Made by a program: the position numbers and the translations under genes. From assembly GCA_040902005.1 (NCBI GenBank), contig JBBDYA010000084.1, forward strand, positions 1-35,709: a stretch of DNA of 35,709 nt. Reading direction: 5' to 3'. The notes under the pieces are model-generated. The model was not told where the DNA came from and made no database searches. It saw nothing but the letters and a program-made list of their open reading frames with translations. Positions 1 through 7,950 of this stretch are shown in pieces. Position 1 is the stretch's first letter. The number at the start of each line of letters is the position of its first letter. This DNA is from Gemmatimonadaceae bacterium. GTDB lineage: Bacteria > Gemmatimonadota > Gemmatimonadetes > Gemmatimonadales > Gemmatimonadaceae.

Positions 1-66
1 ACGTACCAGGATGAACGAACCGCCGCGACTGCCCGGAGCCGGCTCGCCGCTCCGAGATAGGATGGC

Positions 67-1284
67 CTAGAACTGTCCGGCGGACTGGTCGCCCCAGCAC
101 CAGAGTCGCTGGTCCGCCTTGATCGCGCACGCGTGCCCCTGCCCGATCCCGACGTCGGCGAAGGGACCTCCCTGCGCGCGAACGGGGTGCCCCACGCCGC
201 TTGCGTCGGTCTCGCCGTTGCCAAGCCCACCGTAGTAGTTGCCGCCCCAGCAGTAGAGAGCGTCCGCGGCGGTGTGCCCGCAGGTGGAGAGCGGCCCGGC
301 CGTGAGTGCGACAAACGTCATGCCCCCCACGACCCGTGCGGGCGTGCCGCGAAGGGTCGCGTCGGATCCGTCGCCAAGCTGCCGGGCGTCATCGTTTCGC
401 CCCCAGCAGTAGGCTGCACCCGTCGTCGTGAGCGCGCAGGTGTGTTGCCACCCCGCTGCGATCTCTGCGACAAGAAGCCCGCCCCCACCCGCGGGGGGCG
501 CGGCCTCATTCACTGCCGCGCTGTTGTATTCCACGTCGCCCACGCCAAGCTGTCCCCAGCGGTGGTCGCCCCAGCAGTACGCCGCGTTCGACGTGGTCAC
601 GCCGCAGGTGTGATAGGCGCCAGCGCTGAGCGACAGGAATCGCAGGCTGGTGGACACGAGTACGGGTGACGAGCGGTCCAGGTCCGTGCCGTCGCCAACC
701 TGACCGCGATCGTTCTGCCCCCAGCAGTAGGCCAGCCCGCTTTCGGTAAGCGCGCAGGTGTGGCCATCGCCAATCGTGACGGCGACGAAAGCCGAGTCGG
801 CAAGCACGCGCACGGGCGTCTCGCTCCGGCTCACCGCGCCATCGCCGAGGTAGCCGCGGCCAGACTGTGCCCCGCCGCCCCAGCAGTACGCCGCCCCGCC
901 GCTGGCGATCCCGCAGTTGTGCACCCAGCCAGCGGCGAGGACGGTGAACGATCGACCGCCGCTCACCGACACCGGTGTCGAACTGCACGGTCGCCCGCCG
1001 CAAGACTCCGCGGCGGCATCCGTCCCAAGCTGGCCGTAATCGTTGTTCCCCCAGCAGACGGCCGCGCCATCGTCCGTAAGAGCGCAGCTGTGAACGAACC
1101 CAGCCACCACCTGGGAATACATGCGGGAACTGTCGGCAAGCGTCGGCGTCATCGCTGGTGCGTCGCGCGCGACGTCGGTGGGCAGGGGGGAACAGCCGAG
1201 CAACACGAGCGTGCACAGTACACGCACCGCGTCCTGGCGCCAGGACACCGCGTTCCCGGTTGAAGTTGTTTGCCCGTGCGCCAT
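67..1284 (-). CDS. RCC1/BLIP-II repeat beta-propeller protein, probable lipoprotein
   Basis: Repeated 'AGxxHTCAL...G.AYCWG.N..GQLGDG...P..V' units (about 7); lipobox-like LVLLGC near the N-terminus; ATG at 1284 preferred over the ORF-track start 1320. Confidence 0.9.
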   Translation of the reverse strand: MAHGQTTSTGNAVSWRQDAVRVLCTLVLLGCSPLPTDVARDAPAMTPTLADSSRMYSQVVAGFVHSCALTDDGAAVCWGNNDYGQLGTDAAAESCGGRPCSSTPVSVSGGRSFTVLAAGWVHNCGIASGGAAYCWGGGAQSGRGYLGDGAVSRSETPVRVLADSAFVAVTIGDGHTCALTESGLAYCWGQNDRGQVGDGTDLDRSSPVLVSTSLRFLSLSAGAYHTCGVTTSNAAYCWGDHRWGQLGVGDVEYNSAAVNEAAPPAGGGGLLVAEIAAGWQHTCALTTTGAAYCWGRNDDARQLGDGSDATLRGTPARVVGGMTFVALTAGPLSTCGHTAADALYCWGGNYYGGLGNGETDASGVGHPVRAQGGPFADVGIGQGHACAIKADQRLWCWGDQSAGQF

Positions 1285-1331
1285 TGCCGATTCCTCCGTG
1301 TGACTGGAGTATCGGCACACCGCTCATTTCG

Positions 1332-2453
1332 TCAAGGCCTGTCGGGTTCGGGAGGGCGGCTTTCCACAACCCATCTGGCCAGATCGCCGCTGACGCCGAA
1401 ACGAGCGCCGATCGCGGACGCGCGGGCCGTGTTGACGTTCATGGCCGGATCGCGGAATACGATGGAGGCCCCCCCCGGCGCGGACGGCGGCTGCACCTTC
1501 AGACCCGCCACGCCGGCCACGGCTCGGATCGCGTCGGCCGCGGTCGCGTCGGTCAGCGTGAGCGATACCCGCGCGCGGCCCCCCGAAGACACCACCACGT
1601 TCAGGCCCCCTGCCCGGGCAATCTCGGCGATGATCTCTCCGGCATCCACATCGATGACGGTGAACGTCACGCGGCGACCCTCCGGCAGCATCGGCATCGC
1701 CGGCGCCGGCGGCACGCCAGGTGGCGTGACCAGAGCGGCGAGCGGTAGGGCGGCCGCAAGCGGGGGATACCTCGTTGGGGGAACCGAGCGCATTCGATAC
1801 AGCGGCACCGAAGCGCCCGCCTGCACCGACCAGGCGGTGCTCCGCGCCCCGGTGCCGTCCGTCGGCAGCACATTGGGCAGCAGCCCCGCGGTGTATCGGC
1901 CCTCGACGGCGATGCGCGTGCCGCCGATCCGCCACCCGGCCCCACCGCCCACGGCCACCCCGACGTCCACCCAGCGCGACGTAGCACCGCGCGCCTCGTC
2001 GCAGTTTGCGTCAGTGCGCACGCCTCCACCCTGGAAGAAGAGCCGGCAGCGCAGCCGCACCGCGACCGCCGGGCCGGCCGAGACGAACGGCGCGAACCCA
2101 CTCAGCGCCGGCGACGACAACTGCCACATCACCGGGACCTCGATATAGTCCGCGATCATGGTGAGCGTCGAGCCGGTGATCGTCGAAACGCCCACACGGC
2201 GCACGTGCGACAGTTCAGGCTGGATGGCCATCACTCCAGACTCGCGGCGAAGGAACGCCGCCGACGCGGGTGATGGCCGATTCCAGTTGAACTCCTGGCT
2301 TCCGGTCAACCCGGCCACTCCCGTACCGGCCTTGGCGCCGATCTCCCATATCTGCGCGTGGCCCGCGGGGGGGGAGGCCGCACACAGCAGAGCGATCAGG
2401 ACAGGCGTGAGGCGACCGGGACGGGTGGACACGACATCAAGACGACGCCCCAC
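1332..2453 (-). CDS. Exported protein: outer-membrane beta-barrel (porin-like) domain, Pro-rich linker, STN/secretin-N-like domain
   Basis: Signal peptide ending AHA-Q; barrel-type motifs 'IGAKAG', 'IQPEL', 'DYIEVPV', 'VEGRYTAGL'; C-terminal 'RVTFTVIDVDAGEIIAEIARAGGLNVVV...RVSLTLTD' resembles STN/N0 domains. Confidence 0.7.
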   Translation of the reverse strand: MGRRLDVVSTRPGRLTPVLIALLCAASPPAGHAQIWEIGAKAGTGVAGLTGSQEFNWNRPSPASAAFLRRESGVMAIQPELSHVRRVGVSTITGSTLTMIADYIEVPVMWQLSSPALSGFAPFVSAGPAVAVRLRCRLFFQGGGVRTDANCDEARGATSRWVDVGVAVGGGAGWRIGGTRIAVEGRYTAGLLPNVLPTDGTGARSTAWSVQAGASVPLYRMRSVPPTRYPPLAAALPLAALVTPPGVPPAPAMPMLPEGRRVTFTVIDVDAGEIIAEIARAGGLNVVVSSGGRARVSLTLTDATAADAIRAVAGVAGLKVQPPSAPGGASIVFRDPAMNVNTARASAIGARFGVSGDLARWVVESRPPEPDRP

Positions 2454-2473
2454 CTGAGGGGCAACCGCCGGTG

Positions 2474-2827
2474 TCAGGCGTCGCGCAGCAGGCGCAGTTC
2501 CGGCGGGCGCTCCGATCCGTGACGCTCCGGAGCGCGCTCTTCGATCATCAACCTCACGCTCTGCTCGGCAAGCCGCTTGTCCCCGTCAGCGACGTGTCGG
2601 TGGGATCTCGTGTCGTACTCGCCTGTGAGCAGCCAGGTGGGATCCACGCCATAGGTCAGCACGACGGCGGCGAGGACGTCCACGGTGGGATAGGGCGACA
2701 GCGCGTCCACGCTCATGCGCAGCGAGACCTCGTCCACCTCCAATCGATGAGCAATGACCGCCAGGTCGCCCTCATTCTGTCCCCCGACCAATCCGCGAAT
2801 CCGCTCGGCGATGCCGTGTCTGTCCAC
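2474..2827 (-). CDS. Small XRE/CI-like helix-turn-helix protein (paralog of 5370-5714)
   Basis: 'IAERIRGL...IAHRLEVDEVSLR...PTVDVLAAVVLTYGVDPTWLLTG' matches the CI/XRE HTH pattern ending WLLTG; start uncertain (GTG 2827 or TTG 2848). Confidence 0.75.
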   Translation of the reverse strand: MDRHGIAERIRGLVGGQNEGDLAVIAHRLEVDEVSLRMSVDALSPYPTVDVLAAVVLTYGVDPTWLLTGEYDTRSHRHVADGDKRLAEQSVRLMIEERAPERHGSERPPELRLLRDA

Positions 2828-2870
2828 GTCCCAGGAAGCTCCGTGCAAGTCGATACGATACCGCTACTTG

Positions 2871-2887
2871 AGCAAACTTCGCGCCAG
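2871..2887 (-). promoter_or_regulatory. Sigma-54 (-24/-12) promoter motif
   Basis: Minus strand reads CTGGCGCGAAGTTTGCT: GG-N10-GC, close to consensus YTGGCACGNNNNTTGCW, just upstream of the HTH gene. Confidence 0.75.
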
Positions 2888-3000
2888 ACTGGCAGGGAAG
2901 CAACCCCCCCGCAGCACAGCACTACAGGAACGGCGGTGGCGGCCGATACTCCAACCAGGCCGGACAGGTTCGGCCCACCTCCCTCCCCGGACTCGGCTCG

Positions 3001-5193
3001 ATGTTCGTTCTGCCACGACGCTGGCGCTCGATTGACCGGAAGCTTCCTCTCCTCGCCTCCGGCCTGGTGCTGCTCACCTCCGCGGTCCTCGCTTGGACCG
3101 CCTATGCAATGCTCGAGCGCGCGCTGCTCGACACCGCCGAGCGCCGCATGGCGAGCGGCGCTCGCGCGGTCGCCTCCATGATCGCGCGTCCCACCGTTCG
3201 GATCGAGGAATCGCCGCACCTGACGGCCCTGCGCGACTTCGCCAGCGGGCGGGTGGCGGGATCGCCGGTCGCGGCCCTGGCGGCGCTCGACGCGGAGGGG
3301 CGGGACTTTACCCGACCGTACGTGGCGCTGTACGACGCGGCGGGGCACGTGCTGCTCGAGCACCGGACGACCTCGTCGCGTCCGCGCTGGCCCGCGGCCG
3401 CCATCGCGCTGGGGGAAATCCGCGGCGACACCCTTTCCACCGGCGCGTTCGAGCGGCTCGACAGCATCATCACGTATTCGGTGGCATATCCCATTCGGTC
3501 GCGCGCGGGCGACAGCGTGATCGCGTACGCGGTGCATTCGCGCGCGCTCCCCAGCAGCACCGTCATGCCACTGCGCCAGATGCTGGGAGACGACGTCTCC
3601 CTCTTTATCGGCGAGCACGACCTGGGTATCTGGACCGATTTCGACAGGGAGGTCGCGGAGCCGCCGTCGCACGATGCAACCGATGGGCCCCTGATACTGC
3701 CGACGAGCGTGGGCGCGATCGCGCAGGTGCCCGGCGCACGGTGGGTGGTGTGGGTCGCCCAGCCGCACGACGCGGTGTTCGCGCCCGCCCGCCGCCTGCT
3801 CTGGATCGTGGTCCTGCTGGGCACCCTCCTCGCGGTACTCGGCGCGGCCGTCGTCTGGCGCGTCGCCCACCGCATCGCGTCGCCCATCGTCACGCTCACG
3901 GACGTCGCGGAGGGCGTGGCGCGCGACACGCATTCACTGCCGGACACGGACGAGATGCCCGTGCACGTGGCGGGGGGCGACGAAGTCGCGCGCCTGCGCT
4001 TCGCGGTGGAGCGCATGGCGGAACGCATCACCGAGCGCGAGCACCTGGAAGAACAGCTACGCCACGCGCAGAAGATGGAGGCGGTCGGCCGGCTGGCGGG
4101 CGGCGTGGCTCACGACTTCAACAACCTGCTCACCGCCATCCGGTCCTACGCGGACCTCATGCTGGACGACATGCCCGCGTGGGACCCGAAGCGCTCGGAC
4201 GTGCAGGAGATCCGGACGGCGGCTCAGCGCGCGGCGGCGCTCACGGCGCAGCTGCTCGCGTTCAGCCGCAAGAGCATGTTGCAGCCGAGGGTTTTGGAAA
4301 CACGCAGTGTCATGGTGAACATCCATGACATGCTGCGCCGCCTGCTCGTGGAGGACATCCGGCTGGAAATGCAGGCGCCGCAGGAGCTGTGGGCGGTCAA
4401 GGCGGATCGCGGTCAGCTGGAACAGGTGATCGTGAACCTCGCCGTGAACGCCAGGGACGCGATGCCGAATGGAGGCGCGCTGCGCATCAGCGCCGCGAAC
4501 GAGACGATCGCGGAAGCGCTGGAGACGCCGTATGACATCGTGCCCGCCGGCGAGTACGTCTCCCTGCGCGTTGCCGATACCGGAATGGGCATGGACGCGC
4601 TCGCGCGCAGCCGGGCCTTCGAGCCGTTCTTCACGACCAAGGGCGTGGGTCAGGGCACGGGACTCGGCCTCGCCACCGTCCACGGCATCGTCGCCCAGAG
4701 TGGCGGCTACGTCACCCTGTCGAGCGAGGTCGGCCTGGGTTCCACCTTCACCGTGTATCTTCCGCGCGCGCTGGAACAGCCGGCGCCCGACGCCGTGAAC
4801 GCCCCCGGCAGGCGTGCGGGCAACAAGGAGACGATCCTGCTGGTGGAGGACGAGCAGGCAGTGCGCACGCTCGCCCGGCGGGTGCTCGTCCGCGCGGGAT
4901 TCCGCGTCCTCGAGTCCACCACGCCCAGCGACGCACTGCGGCTGGCGCGCGCGCACGCCGCCGAGATCACGCTCGTGCTCTCGGATGTCGTCATGCCCGA
5001 GATGAGCGGACCCGCGCTGGTCACCAGGATCGCTGAACTGATCCCCTCCGCGCGCGTGCTGTATATCTCCGGCTATACGGACGACGAAATCATCGGCCGC
5101 GGGCTCGCCAACCCCGGTGTGGCGCTGCTGCAGAAGCCGTTCAGCGCGCAGCAACTCGTCGAGCGCGTGCGCTCGGCCATCGACGACCTGTAG
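3001..5193 (+). CDS. Membrane hybrid sensor histidine kinase (extracytoplasmic sensor-HAMP-HisKA-HATPase-REC), CckA-like kinase core
   Basis: Two TM helices; HAMP 'DEVARL'; H-box 'GGVAHDFNNLLT'; 'NLAVNARDAM', 'FEPFFTTK', 'GTGLGL'; receiver 'LLVEDE...SDVVMP...LQKPF'. Confidence 0.95.
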   Translation: MFVLPRRWRSIDRKLPLLASGLVLLTSAVLAWTAYAMLERALLDTAERRMASGARAVASMIARPTVRIEESPHLTALRDFASGRVAGSPVAALAALDAEGRDFTRPYVALYDAAGHVLLEHRTTSSRPRWPAAAIALGEIRGDTLSTGAFERLDSIITYSVAYPIRSRAGDSVIAYAVHSRALPSSTVMPLRQMLGDDVSLFIGEHDLGIWTDFDREVAEPPSHDATDGPLILPTSVGAIAQVPGARWVVWVAQPHDAVFAPARRLLWIVVLLGTLLAVLGAAVVWRVAHRIASPIVTLTDVAEGVARDTHSLPDTDEMPVHVAGGDEVARLRFAVERMAERITEREHLEEQLRHAQKMEAVGRLAGGVAHDFNNLLTAIRSYADLMLDDMPAWDPKRSDVQEIRTAAQRAAALTAQLLAFSRKSMLQPRVLETRSVMVNIHDMLRRLLVEDIRLEMQAPQELWAVKADRGQLEQVIVNLAVNARDAMPNGGALRISAANETIAEALETPYDIVPAGEYVSLRVADTGMGMDALARSRAFEPFFTTKGVGQGTGLGLATVHGIVAQSGGYVTLSSEVGLGSTFTVYLPRALEQPAPDAVNAPGRRAGNKETILLVEDEQAVRTLARRVLVRAGFRVLESTTPSDALRLARAHAAEITLVLSDVVMPEMSGPALVTRIAELIPSARVLYISGYTDDEIIGRGLANPGVALLQKPFSAQQLVERVRSAIDDL

Positions 5194-5300
5194 CGCCGCT
5201 GTGCGCGTGGAGTGGGCCGACATCCGGTCCGGATACGTGACGCAGATCACACTACGAGCGTGTTGTTTCTTGCGCCCGAATCGCAGTTCGGAGCAGGTCG

Positions 5301-5317
5301 CCGGACTGCATCTTGCT
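5301..5317 (+). promoter_or_regulatory. Possible sigma-54 (-24/-12) promoter motif
   Basis: CCGGACTGCATCTTGCT: GG-N10-GC with a perfect TTGCT -12 and a weaker -24; upstream of the second HTH paralog. Confidence 0.5.
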
Positions 5318-5369
5318 GCGAGGCTATCGGCCTTTTGATGGAGAAGTAAATGGAGGCGCGCGGTCCGTC

Positions 5370-5714
5370 GTGAGCTTCGACTGGAACGGCATCGCTGCCC
5401 GGATCCGGGGGCTGGTTCGCATCTCCGACGACAGCAACGTGCCGTCGGTGGCCAGGCGCCTGGGGGTGTCGGAGGTGTCGCTGAGGATGACCGTCGATGA
5501 CAGGCGCCCACTTCCCACCGTGGACGTCATCGCGGCGCTGGTGCGGGTCTACGGGCTCGATCCCTCCTGGGTGCTCACCGGCCAGTACGATCCGGCCACG
5601 CACCGGACGGCGCTGGAGAGTGATACACAAGAGATCGCGACCGCCGTGCATATGCTCATCCTTGGCACGGATGCGGGCTGGCGACCCGAAAAAGGCCCGC
5701 CGACAATCATCTGA
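5370..5714 (+). CDS. Small XRE/CI-like helix-turn-helix protein (paralog of 2474-2827)
   Basis: 'GIAARIRGLV...VARRLGVSEVSLRMTVD...PTVDVIAALVRVYGLDPSWVLTGQYD' aligns with the 2474 protein; GTG at 5370 downstream of GGAGG; start uncertain. Confidence 0.75.
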   Translation: MSFDWNGIAARIRGLVRISDDSNVPSVARRLGVSEVSLRMTVDDRRPLPTVDVIAALVRVYGLDPSWVLTGQYDPATHRTALESDTQEIATAVHMLILGTDAGWRPEKGPPTII

Positions 5715-5774
5715 TTGCACCCGATGTGACAACGCGCACTAGTGAGCCGCCGCGCTGGTGAGTAATCTGCAGAC

Positions 5775-7538
5775 GTGCCTCCTCGCAAGCGCGGCCCGCA
5801 TGGCCCCAGCGGTACAGGAACAAAGACCCAGCCCCTGAGGCCCGCGACGACGGCTGAAGCGACGCCGGTCGAGTCGGTCGAGTCGACGGGCGGCGGGGGG
5901 GGAGGGGTCGGCGCGAGCGTGGACTCCGACGGCATTCGGAAGGCACTCGCGCAGGACTACGAGGTGCTGGAGGAACTGGGGCGTGGCGGGATGGCCATCG
6001 TCTACCGGGCGTTGGAGCGCGAGCTGGAGCGCGAGGTCGCCATCAAGGTGCTGCCGCCGGCGATGACGATGGACGGCGAGTTCGTGGATCGTTTCCAGCG
6101 GGAGGCCCGCACCGCCGGCCAGCTCGAGCATCCGAACATCGTCCCCATCTATCGGGTTGGACGCAAAGGTGGGGGGGACACCTTCGGCGTCATCTTCTTC
6201 GTGATGAAGTTCCTGCGCGGGCAGTCGCTGGCGCAGGTGCTTCGTGAGCGTCCTCGTCTCCCCGTGGCGGATGTGAAGCGCATTCTGGTCGAGACGGCAG
6301 GAGCGCTCGGGTACGCGGCCAAACGAGGCGTGGTGCACCGCGACATCAAGCCGGACAACATCATGCTCGACGGTGAGGGGCGCTGCGTGGTGACGGACTT
6401 CGGCATCGCGAAAACGTCGAGCGGGCCGCTCACCGCGGCCGGGACGTCCATGGGCACGCCGCGCTACATGAGCCCAGAGCACGCGCAGGGGACGAAGCTC
6501 GACGGTCGCAGCGACCTCTATTCCCTGGGCGTCGTGGCGTACCAGTGCCTGTCGGGCAGCACGCCGTACGACGCGGACGACCCGTTCGCGATCCTGTACA
6601 AGCACATCAACGAGCCGCTGCCCCGCCCCGAGCTGGAGACCGAGGAGGAGTGGGCGCTGTACTCGGTGATCGAGCGCATGCTCGCGAAGAAGCCCGCCGA
6701 TCGGTTCCAGTCCGCGGAGGATCTCATCGCTGCGCTCGGAGGGCAGGCGCTGACGGGCACGCTGGTGATCGCGTCGGCGACGTCGCCGCAAAACGTCTTC
6801 GGCCCCACCGAGATCATCCCGACGCCACCGGCCGGACTGCGCTGGACGTTGCCGGCGAACTGGCGGTTGCTGGCCGGCGCGGGCGGCGTGCTGGCGGTGC
6901 TCGGCATGGCCACGCTGATCGCGCGGCCGGACGGACCCGCCACGACGGACAGCATCGTGCTGGGCGCGCCCGTGGGTGACAGCGCCGCGCCCGCGCTCGC
7001 CGGCGCGGATTCAGGCGGGGTCGCCGCGGCCGAGACGGCGCCGAACGCACCGGCCGACACGGCGCCGACCGCAGCGCCGGTCGCGGTGCCGCCAGCGACG
7101 CAGACCGCCGCTGCGCCCGTGGCCCCCGCCCAGCGCGCTTCGCGCCCGGCGCCGGAACAATTCTCCATGTGCCCGCGACTGCCGGCAGGCGAGGCGACCC
7201 GCGCGCTCGTGGTGCTGGTCGACCAGATCCCGGCGCAGCGCCGCGGCGACAGCGTGCGCGTCTTCTATGATGTCTGCGGGATCGCGAGCGGCGGCCCGTA
7301 CACGGCGGACGTCGAGGTGAGGCACATCGGCCGGAACTTCGTCAGCCGGCTGGCCCAGGGCACGCCGACGATGAAGGACAATTTCATCTCCACGGCGAAC
7401 AGCCCGCGCACGCGGCGCTATCGCACCGTGGATGTCAGCAAGCTGCCCACAGGTCGGTACGAGCTGACGATGACGCTCACCGATGGCCGCAGGCGGCTCG
7501 CGATCGGCAAGGCCGAGTTCGAGATCGTCGGGCGGTAG
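5775..7538 (+). CDS. Hanks-type Ser/Thr protein kinase with TM helix, Ala/Pro linker and C-terminal beta-rich extracytoplasmic domain
   Basis: 'LGRGGMAIVY', 'VAIKVL', 'HRDIKPDN', 'DFGIAK', 'GTPRYMSPE', 'DLYSLG'; hydrophobic segment 'LLAGAGGVLAVLGMATLIA'. Confidence 0.95.
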   Translation: MPPRKRGPHGPSGTGTKTQPLRPATTAEATPVESVESTGGGGGGVGASVDSDGIRKALAQDYEVLEELGRGGMAIVYRALERELEREVAIKVLPPAMTMDGEFVDRFQREARTAGQLEHPNIVPIYRVGRKGGGDTFGVIFFVMKFLRGQSLAQVLRERPRLPVADVKRILVETAGALGYAAKRGVVHRDIKPDNIMLDGEGRCVVTDFGIAKTSSGPLTAAGTSMGTPRYMSPEHAQGTKLDGRSDLYSLGVVAYQCLSGSTPYDADDPFAILYKHINEPLPRPELETEEEWALYSVIERMLAKKPADRFQSAEDLIAALGGQALTGTLVIASATSPQNVFGPTEIIPTPPAGLRWTLPANWRLLAGAGGVLAVLGMATLIARPDGPATTDSIVLGAPVGDSAAPALAGADSGGVAAAETAPNAPADTAPTAAPVAVPPATQTAAAPVAPAQRASRPAPEQFSMCPRLPAGEATRALVVLVDQIPAQRRGDSVRVFYDVCGIASGGPYTADVEVRHIGRNFVSRLAQGTPTMKDNFISTANSPRTRRYRTVDVSKLPTGRYELTMTLTDGRRRLAIGKAEFEIVGR

Positions 7539-7542
7539 CGGG

Positions 7543-7950
7543 CTACTGGCCCCACTTCGTGTCGAGCAGTTGGCGGACCTTCTCCGCGAGCGTCGTGAGC
7601 GCGAACGGCTTGGACAGAAACCCCGCCCCGCCGATCGCCTCGTAATCGATGCCAGCGAGATGCGGCGGCAAGCCGGAGATGAACAGCACGCGCGTCTGGG
7701 GATACCAGGACCGCAGCATCTCGACCAGCTCCGTCCCCTTCATTTCGGGCATCATCACGTCGGTCACCACGCAGTGCACGGGTGAGTGGTAGTCCTGCAT
7801 CACCTGAATGGCGTCTTCCCCATTGCTCGCCTCGAGCACGAAGTAGCCCTCGTGGCGCAGCTTCCGCGCGATGGGCGCGCGGACGGTGGCCTCGTCCTCG
7901 ACCACGAGCACCACCTCGGAGCCCGTGCCCGCCTCCTGCGGATTGGTCAT
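7543..7950 (-). CDS. Single-domain response regulator (receiver)
   Basis: 'LVVEDE', phosphoacceptor 'TDVMMP', 'FISG', 'SKPF'; ATGA overlap with the upstream kinase. Confidence 0.93.
   Translation of the reverse strand: MTNPQEAGTGSEVVLVVEDEATVRAPIARKLRHEGYFVLEASNGEDAIQVMQDYHSPVHCVVTDVMMPEMKGTELVEMLRSWYPQTRVLFISGLPPHLAGIDYEAIGGAGFLSKPFALTTLAEKVRQLLDTKWGQ

Noticed and set aside
67..1284. Repeated ccccagcagtag-like DNA words as a CRISPR or repeat array
   Set aside because: They encode the YCWG motif of RCC1 repeats within a CDS
2474..5714. Prophage remnant suggested by CI-like HTH genes
   Set aside because: No integrase, structural, replication or lysis genes, and composition is host-like
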